The notes beneath the pieces were generated by a model. It saw only the letters and a list, made by a program, of their open reading frames with translations, was not told the DNA's origin and made no database searches. Source: Tubulanus polymorphus (lineage: Eukaryota; Animalia; Nemertea). Taken from it: a stretch of DNA of 64,000 nucleotides. The position numbers and the translations under genes are program-made. Below, one piece after another: positions 38,801-52,469 of this stretch. The stretch is taken from NCBI RefSeq assembly GCF_964204645.1, contig NC_134029.1, positions 4,464,001 through 4,528,000 of the forward strand, in the 5' to 3' direction. Every line of letters begins with the position of its first letter. Position 1 is the first letter of the stretch.

Positions 38801-41800
38801 GTATTCTTTTTTGAAGATCACGAGTCGAAACGTTGAACTATTAGTTCAAAGGTCACATTTCAGACATTATTTCCATCATAAGCATGGGATTCTCCTCCCT
38901 CTCTCTCTCCATCTCTCTCCCTCTTTCTCTTTCTCTCTCTAGCCACAGCTAGGATATAGTGTTTCATCCTTGGTTCCGTCTGATGATGTGAAAATCGAAA
39001 CTGCATCGACGCGATTATCAAAATCATTCGGGAAAATAAAAAATGTCGTGAAGGAATCGTGATGAGAAATGAGATATGGGACACTTTCTTCTTCCTGGAT
39101 GTAAGAGAACAGATCGCATATCCGAGCATGCATGCTTAAAAATCTCAAAGCTGGTCATTGCCCAGAGAGACTGATTTTACAGTCGAAACCGAGCAAGGAC
39201 CACCCAGACAACGTTTGAAGCATGGTTAACAACTTTTTGCAACCATTTTTGTTTACTTTAATCTTGATTCAGAGTCCAGCTGAAAAGACCAACGTGTTGT
39301 TGCAAATCTCGACACTTGAACCTGCTACCGATGGGAGTGTAGGTATAGTATCGTTTTCATCATGGAAGTCAACAATGAATGCGCACATGCAATGGTGTAC
39401 TCGGGGGACGTCAACGTCGATGGATACGGTGCTTGGGTGTGTTGGCTGTGATAGCCATAAGCTCTTAAAAGAAAAGCGGACGTATCGACGAAGCTTTGCG
39501 AGGATCCTCTCTTGAGAGATGGCTATCGCAGGTAGATGTTCACTTCACATTAGACAGAGCTGTTAGTCGCTGCCGGAATGATACTATCTCTTTCCATTGA
39601 GCTACGTGACAATGAAACTGCCGCTCTGATATAATGTATATTCGCGTTGATGATGGAACTTTACGTGATCATGACGTGTTTATTGTGCGAGTATTCGACA
39701 TCGCACGCATAAACCAGCGCATAATTGAGTCAATCAATCAATTACTACAATTAACTCTGATTCGCCCAGTTTCTGTTGCAAGAATGATAAATATTGTCGA
39801 AGATGCGCGCTAAATAGATTTAAACATTACATTTTTCCGTCGGTTGGTTATTGTTGATGCTATTCATTTATGTCGCGCAGTGTGATAAATGAAAAGACGT
39901 TGCTGCATGCAAGTCATTTACTACCATGTGCAAAATATGAACGATAACCAAATACTCAATTAACAAGAAAGCATAGTGTTGCAATACGGATGGGAAATAG
40001 TCTCCGGGGAGTTGTTGATTCCGAACGAGAAGTCTCGGTTGATGTCATTCATCATAACGCCTCATCTTTGATTAAAAGCGATAGGATTAAGACTAGAATT
40101 ATGTGCATCTCCGTGCACGGGTAGGGCTGGAGTTAGTTCCTGCTATTAGGGTCCATTCATCCCTCTTCAATTTTGCGAGGAATGTCGCTTAAGCCAACGC
40201 AAATAAGGCCACGAACAACTATGATGTTTCCAGTAATGGGCTGAGACCTTGAAAAAGGTCTTTAGATCCAAGCCTCGAATGGCTTCGAAGTACATGTAAC
40301 CATGTTCCAAGTGGGTGTCAACAGAAGCCTTAAGTGTCTTCCGTATCTGATGTTTTTGGCTATTGGCTGAATTGATGCACTTTGAATAATAATCTCCATA
40401 GATATATTTAAGTTGCCGCCTGCGCTATACGGCATTCTGCAAAATCCCGTCTCTATTTGAAAAAGTTAAATTAATCAGGAATATGGAAAGAGATTGTCAA
40501 TCGTTCAATAGTCATGTGAATGTAATCTTATTCTCCGAGTAGATCGATTTTTACTGAAACGTCGAGAACAAATCTAAAAACCGTAGTCAACGGAACATCG
40601 GCGCGTATAAATCGTCTTCGTTGTCATCAAAAACACACCACCGTACAGATTTGATAAATCTCACAATATCTAGGTACAGGGGGAATATTGGATGGTTCGA
40701 AGCACTGGGGAATATTAGCAGCTGTGTCTCAACCATTTTAGTGACGCGTACAATAACACGCCATTCAACAGCTGAGCACAGTTTCACAAAATTACGATAA
40801 GGTGCTAACGACAACGTTCTCATTTTTAATGATGGCTACAACATCTTCATTGGATTTCGGCATCTGCGGCTATAACTTGCGAAAGCCACCAGCCTTGGTC
40901 TTGATTTTGTTAATTCCTTTACCAACAAAACCATGTCTTCTAGTAGATAGTTCTTTTTTATATCTCGACAAGAAATAATTTTCTACTGAGCAAAAAACAG
41001 GTCAACAAACACGACGGGCCAGATATTCAATGTGATATTCGCTCACTCTTATTTCCCTGTCACTGCTTCAATTTTATGGCCAGTTGATTCAATAAAGGTC
41101 TGATGTCATATAACATTAATATCGGATATGCATCGATGATTTCTATGCGAGCTTCAAACAATCACGCATCTCTAGTCAGCAGTGTTACCAGGTCATTCGT
41201 CTGTGGTTCACGATGGCGACTAACTCACTACATGTTGCATACTCCACCAGGGAATCACTGTTTGATCGCTTATGGGAACCTCGCCGATCATTCAAATCAT
41301 GTCTCGTAGACGCATGGGTCGAAACCATTTTTTCCCCGCAGTTCAATGATTATTTTTCCGATTGTTGAAAAGTAGGTCAAGGCCATTTCAAACTCGATAC
41401 TGTCTGTTGGGAGAACGACCGTCACATTAGATCCGAAATCCGTATTCGGTTCATCAGAGCCGTCCTGAAGGCTGATGATTGGCTAGATACCTGCTCGTAT
41501 CATCCATCATCGCCCTAGGTTGTATTGGGTGTCGTCCGTCGACCAAAGGGGTCACTTTCCAATAATCTGTCGGCAACCGGGGAAATTTTCAGAAGGCCTA
41601 ATGGATTTAGTATACGGTCACTGATCATCTGACGCGCCGGTTAATATTCCTCGCAAGTTGTGCGCGGTCAATATCTGACCTCAGGCTAAAAATAATGTTC
41701 GGTTTCCTGCAGAAAGCAGTCACCGGCAAGAAGACTAATTTGTACCACGTATCATCGCGTATTGCAGACGATTTCGTACATAGCGAGACAGACGCGATTC

Positions 41801-44800
41801 GAGCGAGAGAAAAATTACCGGATCAGAATATCAACTGTAATCTATGATCGAGGTGGATGATTACCCCGTAAGAGTTTTCCTTTTTCTGTATTAAGGGTCC
41901 ATTTGAAAGAGCTGTCTGCAAAGACGACTGGTTCGATTATTAGAAAGGTTTCGCGGTGTATTGACGTATTGATTCGTCCCGATGAGGACAGATCGATTGA
42001 TAGCGTATAGAAAATCAGTCGTAATTAGGTTACTGAAGGTTTGCTTCAGTTGGCCCATCTCATCTCTTCTCCAACATTCAGTTTGCTTCAGTTGTTTTTA
42101 CCTCGAGGCTATGAGCCCAACTTCGATGCCATCCAAATTTTACAATTGTATGCGTAGATTGCTCAACTTTTCTCCTTTTGGGCCTAGTCACGGGCGCCAT
42201 ACGTCTGCTCTCCGGATTACGGTGGCTTCTGCCTCGGTCCATATCTTTGCAGGGCGGGGTGGATTGGACGAGCTGTCCTCTTAGGACTGAAGGTCTGCCC
42301 AAGATATTCCTAGTTTGATCAACAATTAAGTGCAATACCCCGAAGAAGAATACGGAGGACTTGAATAACTAACGGCTGTCACTTCGAATATGATGTAATG
42401 TTCCGTTTTGACGAAGATATTTTAGCCGCGGGCTTTTTGTGCACAGAGCCAGTAGTCGTGATGTTACGATTTTTAATTATAGATGTCCGTAGATAATAAA
42501 CAGAGCACCTTAAATATATGAGATACAATGTACGATGATTCTAGAATAATTGACTGCATTGTCACCGTATGGCTTCTTCAAACAGCACCATGTTTATACA
42601 TCTCGACATGTGATGTTTGACTATACGCTATTCATTTGTATTCAATCAATTTCGTTCTACATATTTTCAATCAGAGACAAACCCTTCATTTGAAGAATTT
42701 TCCAGATAGAAACGGCAAGTGCACTTAATGAATATGTCGTCGGTTTATTTAGGTCTCAGTGGAAATACTTTAGAGCTGCAAAATCGAACTTCAGACATCA
42801 CCTCAATTGGGAATAGATACTGCGGTGATGGCCAAGCAATAGCCATTGACAGTGATCTCTGTGACCCGAACAAACCTCACCAGCAATGAATCATCAAGAA
42901 AAAAACTTAAAAAACGTTCAAATTTACATTATTAATAAGTCGAAATTGCTGAACTTCCCACGCAACTGTCATATTTCAATAACTAACTGTATCATTGAGT
43001 GAATATAACGTGTCTTAGGGGTATTTTATGTTGGATATTAGATTGACAGAAGATGAATTGAAACAGTTCAAAGCTGAACCCAGGTGTCCACTCCCTTTAT
43101 GTACGAACGATCATCTATAATCAGTAAAACATCTTCGGCGGCCGTAATCATGGTATAATCATCCTGTAATCACTGTCGCATACAGTTCTACATAGATCTA
43201 TACCGATGAATCAAAGATTGGTCAACGAAACATGCGATGGCTGCAGATAGCGGAGTCTTTGATCCGTCTCGAGCATCAACTCGACAGAGAGACATATAGA
43301 TGGACAATCTTCGACAGACCAGAGATAGATTGATGAGAACCATACTCTGGATACGTCTGTCCACAGCCCGATATTTTGACCATTTTGACATTTCGGAGTA
43401 ACGTTTTCCATGTTAGTGTTGTTAGCCTATCCCCGTGATAACGCGCATCATAGGTTCATCATGTCCACAACAACGAAGAGAAACTAAACACGTAGTGACG
43501 TTAAGAATCAATTCTTCAAAGCAATTTTTCAGTTTTAATGAAAGAAAACTGGTCAGGTTTGTTGTCTCAACCTGTCAAATTCCAAGTTAAAACAGCCACC
43601 AATTATTTCAACATTGTTGTCTGTTTTATTTTAAAGGTGAAAAACGTTTTATTATGAAACGATCGTGGTTATCTCTGGTGGCATGGCCATTAACGTTTCG
43701 GAAATGGATGTTTTCTGTTCAAACCACGCGCAGATGTGTAAACGCGCAAATGGATTTTCAATTGCGGGATTCGCTCGAAAATCGAAATCGGATCTTTTAA
43801 TGCTCGTCGCCCGCCGAGAAGTCGAAAGATGAATATCATGGCAAAAACAACCACCGCAGAACGCAAAACATGTTAACTGGTAGTCCGCGTAAAAGTAGGC
43901 CTACTAGCGGAACAACACACGGGTACTCTTCAACACGAAATATGACAAATTCAATGTTGATGGCGTTTTCTTTGAAAACACAACACAGCAGACACAGTGC
44001 CACACTGCGACGACGTTGATGTTTTATGAAAAATTAAACACCAGTATACGGCGGATGTAACAAATGATTGATCGCTGTGGAAGCTATGGTATAGTCTCCC
44101 TGCGAAAATAACAATTTTTCTATACCCGCATAACGGGCAATAGACACACGCGAAATATCAAACATTCATGAAATTATTTTCGCCGCTTTTTTAACGTCGT
44201 TAAAATTTGAATATTATTTACATCTGTGTCGAAAAGACTTTCGTATTGGATTTTGTGAAAAATCATCGAACATAACTATAACATTAGACGCGTTAATGGT
44301 CTCGGTTTCATTCCCGATGTTTTATTCAATCCTCGAGAAAGGTTTGAACTTACACCCGTGGAACTTGTTTCTGGCTGCATATCGTTAGTCAGAATTGCTG
44401 AGGTAGAACTTTCTCGTTAATTGTCGCGTGCATTTGTATATTTGTGTATATTTTCAATTTGTTCTCTAGTTGACGTATTCGATGGTACTCAAACTAAAAG
44501 CATTTTAGTCACCGCGTGCGTTTGTGAACAAGTTCTCATGTCGATTATACATAAATTCGTATTTATATGTATATGGGAGTATTTAAGATTTTTCGGAAAA
44601 ACAGCATCATGCATATTACATTCAACACTAGATGTATATTAACCATATTTATCCTGAATGTGTGTTTCACTGGGAATTCTAAGGCACTTGATAATATCTG
44701 CTTTAATCAGCATAAAAAACGTGTTTCGGTTCTTTACTTTTCGCACAAAACGGAACCACGTAAAATCCGGAACGATATCAACCGAGTCCTCGGAATACTC

Positions 44801-47800
44801 AAGATACTCGCTCGAATATTGTCGCTATTTTAATGTGTTGCTTCTAAGCAGAATAAAAAACAAAATGTTTGCAAATACATTGACCATTTGAAAAGACCTC
44901 CGCTAGGCCTACGCTTTCTTTTAAATCGAACAGTTCTGTGAGCTTTCTTGGTAATTTCAGGTCGAACAAAATAGTATTTGGTATGACTTTCAAAGACCGT
45001 TGGTAGCCCATCGTTTGATGTCTCTTATATACTATTTCACTTTGATGATATTCAATGAATAACTGCTCACTTCTTATTCTTTCTGAAAGTCGCAATTCAA
45101 GATTTATAGGCCGAAAGACTTTGAAATGCGAACCAATCTCGTCCAGTAAGTTAGGCTAAGATAACGGTTATATTTCGGATTACTGGTCAGTATAGTCGGG
45201 AGATAGCGAGTAGGCTATAATGTTTCATTAGAGATTTATCCATATCGATATCGCTACGGTATAAACGCGACAGATTAAGTGTCGTACATCATGAATGTGT
45301 ATATTACGGATACCATCAAAAACCATTATTTATTGTATTTCTACGCTTTAGTGCCTTAAAGTAGCGCCAGTTACACAACCGTACACACTATATATTGTCG
45401 GGTTTAGCCTAATTGCGCTTTTCACATTTGCATACGTCGCATCGCTGTCAGTAATTTGCATATCCCATCGTTCAGTGTCTAGCGTATATTATCAACAGCC
45501 TATAGCTTCAGTTCACAAAAAATTACGACTGTGCATATTTCGCTTGTTTAACAACGAAAATCGATTTGCAAAAAAACTTACAGACTTTTAATAATACAGA
45601 CGAACGCCTCACTTCAAATATGTGAAATAGATTGTTTTATGCTTTAGAAATTTTTGCGGAACTCTGTCTCGAGGCCACTCGAAAGAGTCATAATTTGAAA
45701 TCAAATTACTTTGATCCTGGCTCTATGCCTTGTCAGTAATACTATTTGAGAACTACGGAATATTTGTTTGATCGATCAGACTTTTGCGGCGATTGATGAT
45801 GAATCGTTGTTTATTAAAAGCGGTGAAATTTAAGTGGTTTCGTAACTATGATTTTACCGACCGAACACACACTCGACTCAACGCGCAGCGGTGGCGACGG
45901 CAGCGGCGCCGGTTGCGGCTCGGCTCTCCTCGCAAAACACGGCCGCGAAATAGGTTAATATCATTTCAAATCCGATAGCGTTCGATGGCGGCTTTTTCGT
46001 ATTCTAAAGAACTACGCAAAAGGGAGAGAGATTTTCCATTCAGTCACGATAAGAACGTGCATTACGACGAACGCCTCAGGCAGCATATCGATGGTACCTG
46101 TTTGAACTCCTAACGTAGCGACTTGATTTTTAATACAGATAACTTTATATGTTGTGGAGCCGGTGCCAAAACGCCGAAGACTTGAAAAGAAGGGTTGATA
46201 TATATTATTCAAACTTCTATTTTTGGAAGCACGGAATCTATTTAGGAAAAATTGATGAAAATGTCGGGTACCTAATTACTTACTACGCTTTGAATAGTTG
46301 TTATGGCTTCGATTTCACGTGAAAAATGTTCCAAGATTCAGTTTATCACTGGAAGCTCAAAGCACTTTATATTATACCTGTTGATGTCTAGTGGTCAGCA
46401 CTTATTGTGAATCGATCGTCTAATGTGCTCAGTTCTGCTACGGCGTTTACCCGAAATCAAAGCTCGTTTCTAAATGCGACAGACATAGGGGATTGCCTCG
46501 ACCAATTTGCTTAAGTGGTGAAGCAATCCAATAGCCAAGACAACGGGATGTTTCATTCAAGACATTTATCAACGTCCCGGCGCCTGTATCGACAATGAGG
46601 TTATTGATTGTTCTAAGTCTGTAACTGGAGCACGATGGCCGGTTTGTTTTTTGACCCATCGTTATCATTAATTCTAGAGGGTAGTAAGGTTCTTTTCCCA
46701 GGAAAACTCAGTCAATTCAGATATTTTATCCATCGACCCATTGGGGACTAACATCGGCTTAGGCTTGGTGATAGGAGATTCAGCAACGATATACTTAATC
46801 CACTCTCGTACGTAAATCCCGGTGAAATGCCAATCAAAGTATTTTTCTTCCTACATCGTCAAACGATAGCGTTCTCAAGATAAGAAATTATACGAGGCAT
46901 TTTTGATTGCAAAACTTTTGATTAGATTTGAGTAAATGTTTTTAGTTCACGAAAGGTTCATAACCGGATTCAAAGACGTTACTCGCGTGTATGTTAAGTC
47001 AACATTAGCATTCTTTGAACGCGTATTCGGCGAACTGATTTTTCCTTTTCGAAAGATCAAGAGTTGACGGCTTACGACGGCGCAGATTCTGATAAATGAA
47101 TCGACGCACGCTTATATAGATTTGCAGACGACAGACGTTAAAGAACGGAACGATTAAACGAAACGACGGCACGTCGAACGACTCTCATACACGAAACGTC
47201 GCCACGCAATCGCGAGCGAAGTTGACAAACAATGCTATCTCAACTGTGAAACGGAGCGAGAATGATTCAGAGAGTGAAACATGATAATAAGACCGACTTA
47301 TTGGCTCCATTACACGTGTGACAAACGACTATCTTAAGTTGCAGACGAATTCTTGAGTGCGAGGATGACATTTTAATGACGGTATAGGGATAACTTGTGT
47401 GCGTAGGAAGACTACGTACAAGACAGCAGAACTACCATAAGACACCGACCTTCTGTAGTTAAGTATCACAGCGCGCACATTTTGAAATGTTCCATACCTT
47501 ACTCGATCATTGAACCTGAACTACGAGAAAAATACCGCATCTCCCGAACTGTCCAAACATGTTTATTCTAATGATTGATTATTGAAAATGACTCGGCAAA
47601 AATTATCCGACTTGTCGGCCTTATCTTGATGAATAATCACATTTCTCGAAACATTAGACTACAATACAATACCGAAATACACCGAGAATAGACACGGCAA
47701 CGTCTACGATTAATAAAAATACTACCGGAGGCTGGGTTGCGATTGCCGGATTCATAAGGAAATATTTCAAACATTCGCTTATGTGTGATGTAACGGTTTC

Positions 47801-48821
47801 AGACGAGCGAGAAAAGTCGCTCTCCGATTTGATATCGACCAGAATCAAGTGTATAGCGTGTCGAGGAAATTAATTCTTAAACACGCGAAACTGCGGCGTT
47901 CTATCATTTCCCTTCAGCATCTGATTGCAAATTACGGTCCTGAAAATAACGACCGCTAAAATACAGCGATATATTTCATAAGTTCTCGTATTTTATGAGC
48001 CGCCAGTGTTTCAACCCGAATCCGTGACCCATTCCTCGACGGATAGGGAAAGCTGGATGTTTTGGTGTCAGAATTGTTTTGCGATAAGTTCATTAACAAA
48101 ACCGACCTTCTTGAGGCCACTCTAATGGCTGGGGCTCAGATAAAAACAAATGTATGAGGTAAAGAAAAATACGAAAACAATTTGCGACGGACGGGTATAT
48201 TAGACTAGGGGGAATCTTCTATTTGGTAATATCCGGGAGACTGACTTTATAGAAACCGCCATCAATTAACCGATATTGATTCCGACTCAAGCGCCACAAT
48301 AAATCTGCCAACAATAAACCGGGGGTACTTCTACTTCTATATGAGCATTTGCAAGTAAATTGTGTTTAAGTGTAAACACGAGTCTCTATCAGAAACCGAC
48401 TCGTCCGCATCGGTATTTAGAGATCTGGCAATAGAACGAACTCAATAACAAGCATGCATAATAAATACAGCGTTTCGATTTTTCTATTCAATAATCTTTA
48501 CCGGATCCGCTGGCATACATTAATTTTTCAAAGACACCTCCGCCATATAGATAAACGGCGTTGATACTCAAATTTTCAAGAGTTTTATTCTCCATATCTT
48601 TTCTTTTGTGTGGCGACGTTTCAGCAAGTACTTCGGTTGGTGTTATTCGACGACACTTTGTTTACGATGTGCACAAGAAATGTATAAGAACAACTTTGTC
48701 CGATATATCCATATATGGATGTGGATACTTTTCAGTCGACAAATTATGGACAGCGCATTTATCAATACCATTTCTTGAACGAAAGCCTACGACGTATCGG
48801 CTAAATACGTCTTAGTAGCCT

Positions 48822-49057
48822 AGGGTGGATCCAGAGGGTCCTGAGACTTCTGTAAGACCTTTGATATATCCTAAATATTCCATTTACTAAATGGCACTTT
48901 TTGCAAACAGGGCAAAATATTTTGTCGAAAAATATAAAAATTCCATTTCTAATAAGACAAAAGCACAATTCTGAAAAGCGGTCAAAAGGGCAAAGCTGTC
49001 AAAATGTTTTTCCTTAATAATTTGCCCTAAAAATATTTGGTACCTGGATACGCCCAT
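48822..49057. mobile_element. Degenerate MITE-like element
   Basis: GGGTGGATCCAG ... CTGGATACGCCC imperfect inverted ends. A similar terminus GGGGCGGATCCAGG occurs at 8462. Confidence 0.4.
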
Positions 49058-50794
49058 GTAGCCAAGCTATTGTTGATGAAAGAATGAAATTGTAGCACAG
49101 ATTTACTACATTTCCAAAAATTCCAAAGCCGATGATGATCATGTGATGGGCATTGCCACATATTTCAAACACGTCCGCGGAAAATTGAAAATTATTACTT
49201 TTCTCCACGGAACCGGCAATAACACAAAATCCAATAAGCAAGATATAAGTATTAGGAAGCCTGGTGGCAGGTTGCGAATGGAAGTAATTATATCTTTCAA
49301 TAACACAATGACACATGCCCGGAGCAGGGATGTCAGTCAGTAAATAGGCAATTATATTCCCCGATTTATCCTTGTAGCTAAAATACGATCCATAAAAATC
49401 GATAGAATAGTCAAATTTGTGAATTGAATCAAGTTTTTACCCCGAAAATACCTCCGAGCGATTTGACGAACTTGTCAAATTTAGAAATTCGATTAGATGG
49501 CCGATACTTAGGCCGATACTTTAAATTGCTTCTGATGACGTATTGAATACTGGTAGTTTCGACACATTATTTTGCAGTTTAGGCTATCTTACCTAGTGTA
49601 TTTTAAGATACCGATTTACTTTTCCGAATGAGTAGTCGCATAATTTATGGGATTGCGTGGTGTTTGATTTTGACGGGTCCATTGCTTGGAATTGACACGC
49701 GATATATTTTCGTCGTGTTGACAGATCGCTGAGAATGTTGCTCTTGTGTATACCGATCCTCTGATTGGAATTGCCTCTAATTAGTACCGGCTGCTGATTG
49801 AACTGACGACGCGAGATCGGATAAATCAAGCGTCTGATTGAATGAAACTCCATTCAAATATAGTTCTTTCCTATGCATCATATTTCCAGTCATTACCAAT
49901 TTGCGTATATATATTTTTTTCGACTTTATTGACAAACTCAAGGCCACAATGGTAATGACGGTAATGAGTGGTATGATATTAACGAGCGAAATTACAAAGG
50001 AAAAAGGAAACAAACACAATAAACACTATAAAAACACAATATTTTGATCAGTGGCAGTATGTGTGCAAGAAGTAGTCAGTTTAGTCGCTGAATTGTCTAA
50101 AAAGATGACCCAGGAATGCTCCTTATACTTTTTCCAAAATAAAAAGTATTGTTTGTGTATAGAATGCTGCTAAATTTCCGGATACTAGGATCACAGGTAT
50201 GCTGTACAGAAATTAAATTGGATCCAATATTTTTTTTCCAAAATAATGGCAACATGAGAGATGGTGGAATTCATCACCTATGCCACCATGGCGAAGGTAT
50301 AAGCATGTATTTATTTGTAATATAAAGTTACATTACGTACACCTAATTTCACCGAGGATATTCAACATCAAGCGTGTACTGCCGTGCAAACCACTTCCCG
50401 GACAGGGTGAAATCAATGATATCTTTTTTTCAATGGAAGGCCATTCGGTTAGAACTTTCCGAACTACAAAAAATGATTTTTATCTTCATAACGGCAGGTT
50501 TGTGGTATAGTATTGAATGTAGTTTGGGGTAACGATGGTCGATTTGGTTGCCCCGGATAATCTTGAATGTGTTGCAGGGCGTGCTTAACGTTTTCAATAA
50601 ACACAGAGATGGATATGGGAAAATTAATGTGATGGATATATACATGAGGTGTTGTTTGTCCATATCTACGATTATCACTTCATAACAGGGCGTCGACTTC
50701 ATACGATACAGATTAATAAATCAATTCAAGTCGCCCCCATCGCAAAGAACATTAAACTTGTTTATTCATTAGCTGGCACTGTTATTTCCGAGAG

Positions 50795-50950
<156 letters not shown>

Positions 50951-51215
50951 GGCCGCGCGTATTTTTAAACTTTATCTGAATCATTGAACGGATCAAAATG
51001 TGTTGATGCACTGACACACCCAACTATTCAAAATATTCCTCAAACAAATCGTTAGGTTTGTTGACTTGATAGATTTTCGAATTGTGATGTTCAGATGTCA
51101 TCATTTATGTTCTCCACGTCGAATTATTCACATTTCAGTTCAGTTGTTTATTTTTCATTTTTCTTCACCACTGAATTGGACTGTGTCTTTTTTATTCGCC
51201 GTTAACAGCTGACTG

Positions 51216-51401
51216 AGGCTGCGATCGCACGAGTGTTTTTGACCCGGCCCAAATTTGACCCTTACCAATATTAGGCCAACCATTTGCATCGGTGCCAAAT
51301 GGGTCTTTGCCTGTTTGACATGGACCAAAGTTAACCGAACCAAGATCATGCTCGTACCCCAATCTCAGCGGGGGCCGAATTGTTCCGTGTGAATGCTACC
51401 T
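51216..51401. mobile_element. Degenerate Harbinger-like MITE
   Basis: AGGCTGCGATCGCACG ... CGTGTGAATGCTACCT imperfect TIRs, with internal (G)ACC/GCCAAA pseudo-repeats. Confidence 0.45.
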
Positions 51402-52362
51402 GGTTCCGGAAGTGACACCAACTCGCCTGCCATTGCATCGTTTTGATGACAATTTAGTAACGAGTGATTTGAGTGTGATTGCGCTCTCTACTTAGGCACG
51501 GGAGAAATTTGCGAGTCTGCCCCGGGCCAGTTTGAGCCAGGCCAAAATGACTAGTGGTCGCGGCTTGAATCAGCCACGATGACGAGATTATTTGTCAACG
51601 TACATATTCTTGTCGATGTAACCAAAAATACATATCTTTATGTATTTTTGATATAACGCGTTGGTTTCGGCCTAGTCGTGATTGTTGACATGTTATTCTT
51701 GTCGTTAGAATGTATTGAAATTTGCATACGCTTTGCATAAAAGCGCACGCCGAAAATCCATCAATCAAACGCCGCTCGAAAGTTCGCAGGTCACATAGAT
51801 TGTTCACGATGAGCCGATAAAAAGTCGCGGAAGATCATAAAACAAACAGTTCTGTCAGCGAGCGATGTATTAATTATGATATTCATGGTAGTTATGATGG
51901 TATGAACGGCGTGTAATGCGCAGTAACTTAAACACCAAACCTATCGTACATTATGGCGATTTTGTTTATCGGCACTGCTTTCACGAAAAAAAAAACAACA
52001 CCCAATTGGAATTGATTACCCCACGCGATGCGCCCTTGGAGGCTCAAAAACCGATTTGAACTTTGAAAAAAGCAAAAACAAAATCACTGTCGTTAAATCC
52101 TCTGAACAGCGACTGCCTCGTATCGACGTCCCGCGAGGCGTTTTAAACACAGCTATTATTTCGATAATGTTTCGCTGAAGTTTATCAATAATCGAGTCAC
52201 AAATTGCCATTTTTCCCAAAACAGGAAATGAATGGCTTCTAGCTGTGGCCATTGGCTTGTCAAAATTGATAAACTGCCAGGACTCGGGGCAGAACCAGCG
52301 CACGGGCGCTATCAGATAATTGATGAAATAAATAATTTGTTTCTTTTTCTTGTGTTTTCCAG

Positions 52363-52469
52363 CGATTGGTTTGAAACCGTCGTTCGATGTACCGGAAGCG
52401 ACAGTAACAGTCGTAGCCGCGCAGACGGTCGTGCTTCCGTGTTCGATCAACGACCTTGGGGATTTTCAG
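52363..52469 (+). CDS. Lachesin/IgLON/DIP-like Ig protein, Ig1 N-half
   Basis: TTTTCCAG|CG...CAG|GTAAGT; IGLKPSFDVPEATVTVVAAQTVVLPCSINDLGDFQ (PxF...V.V..G/Q...LPC.I..LG). Confidence 0.88.
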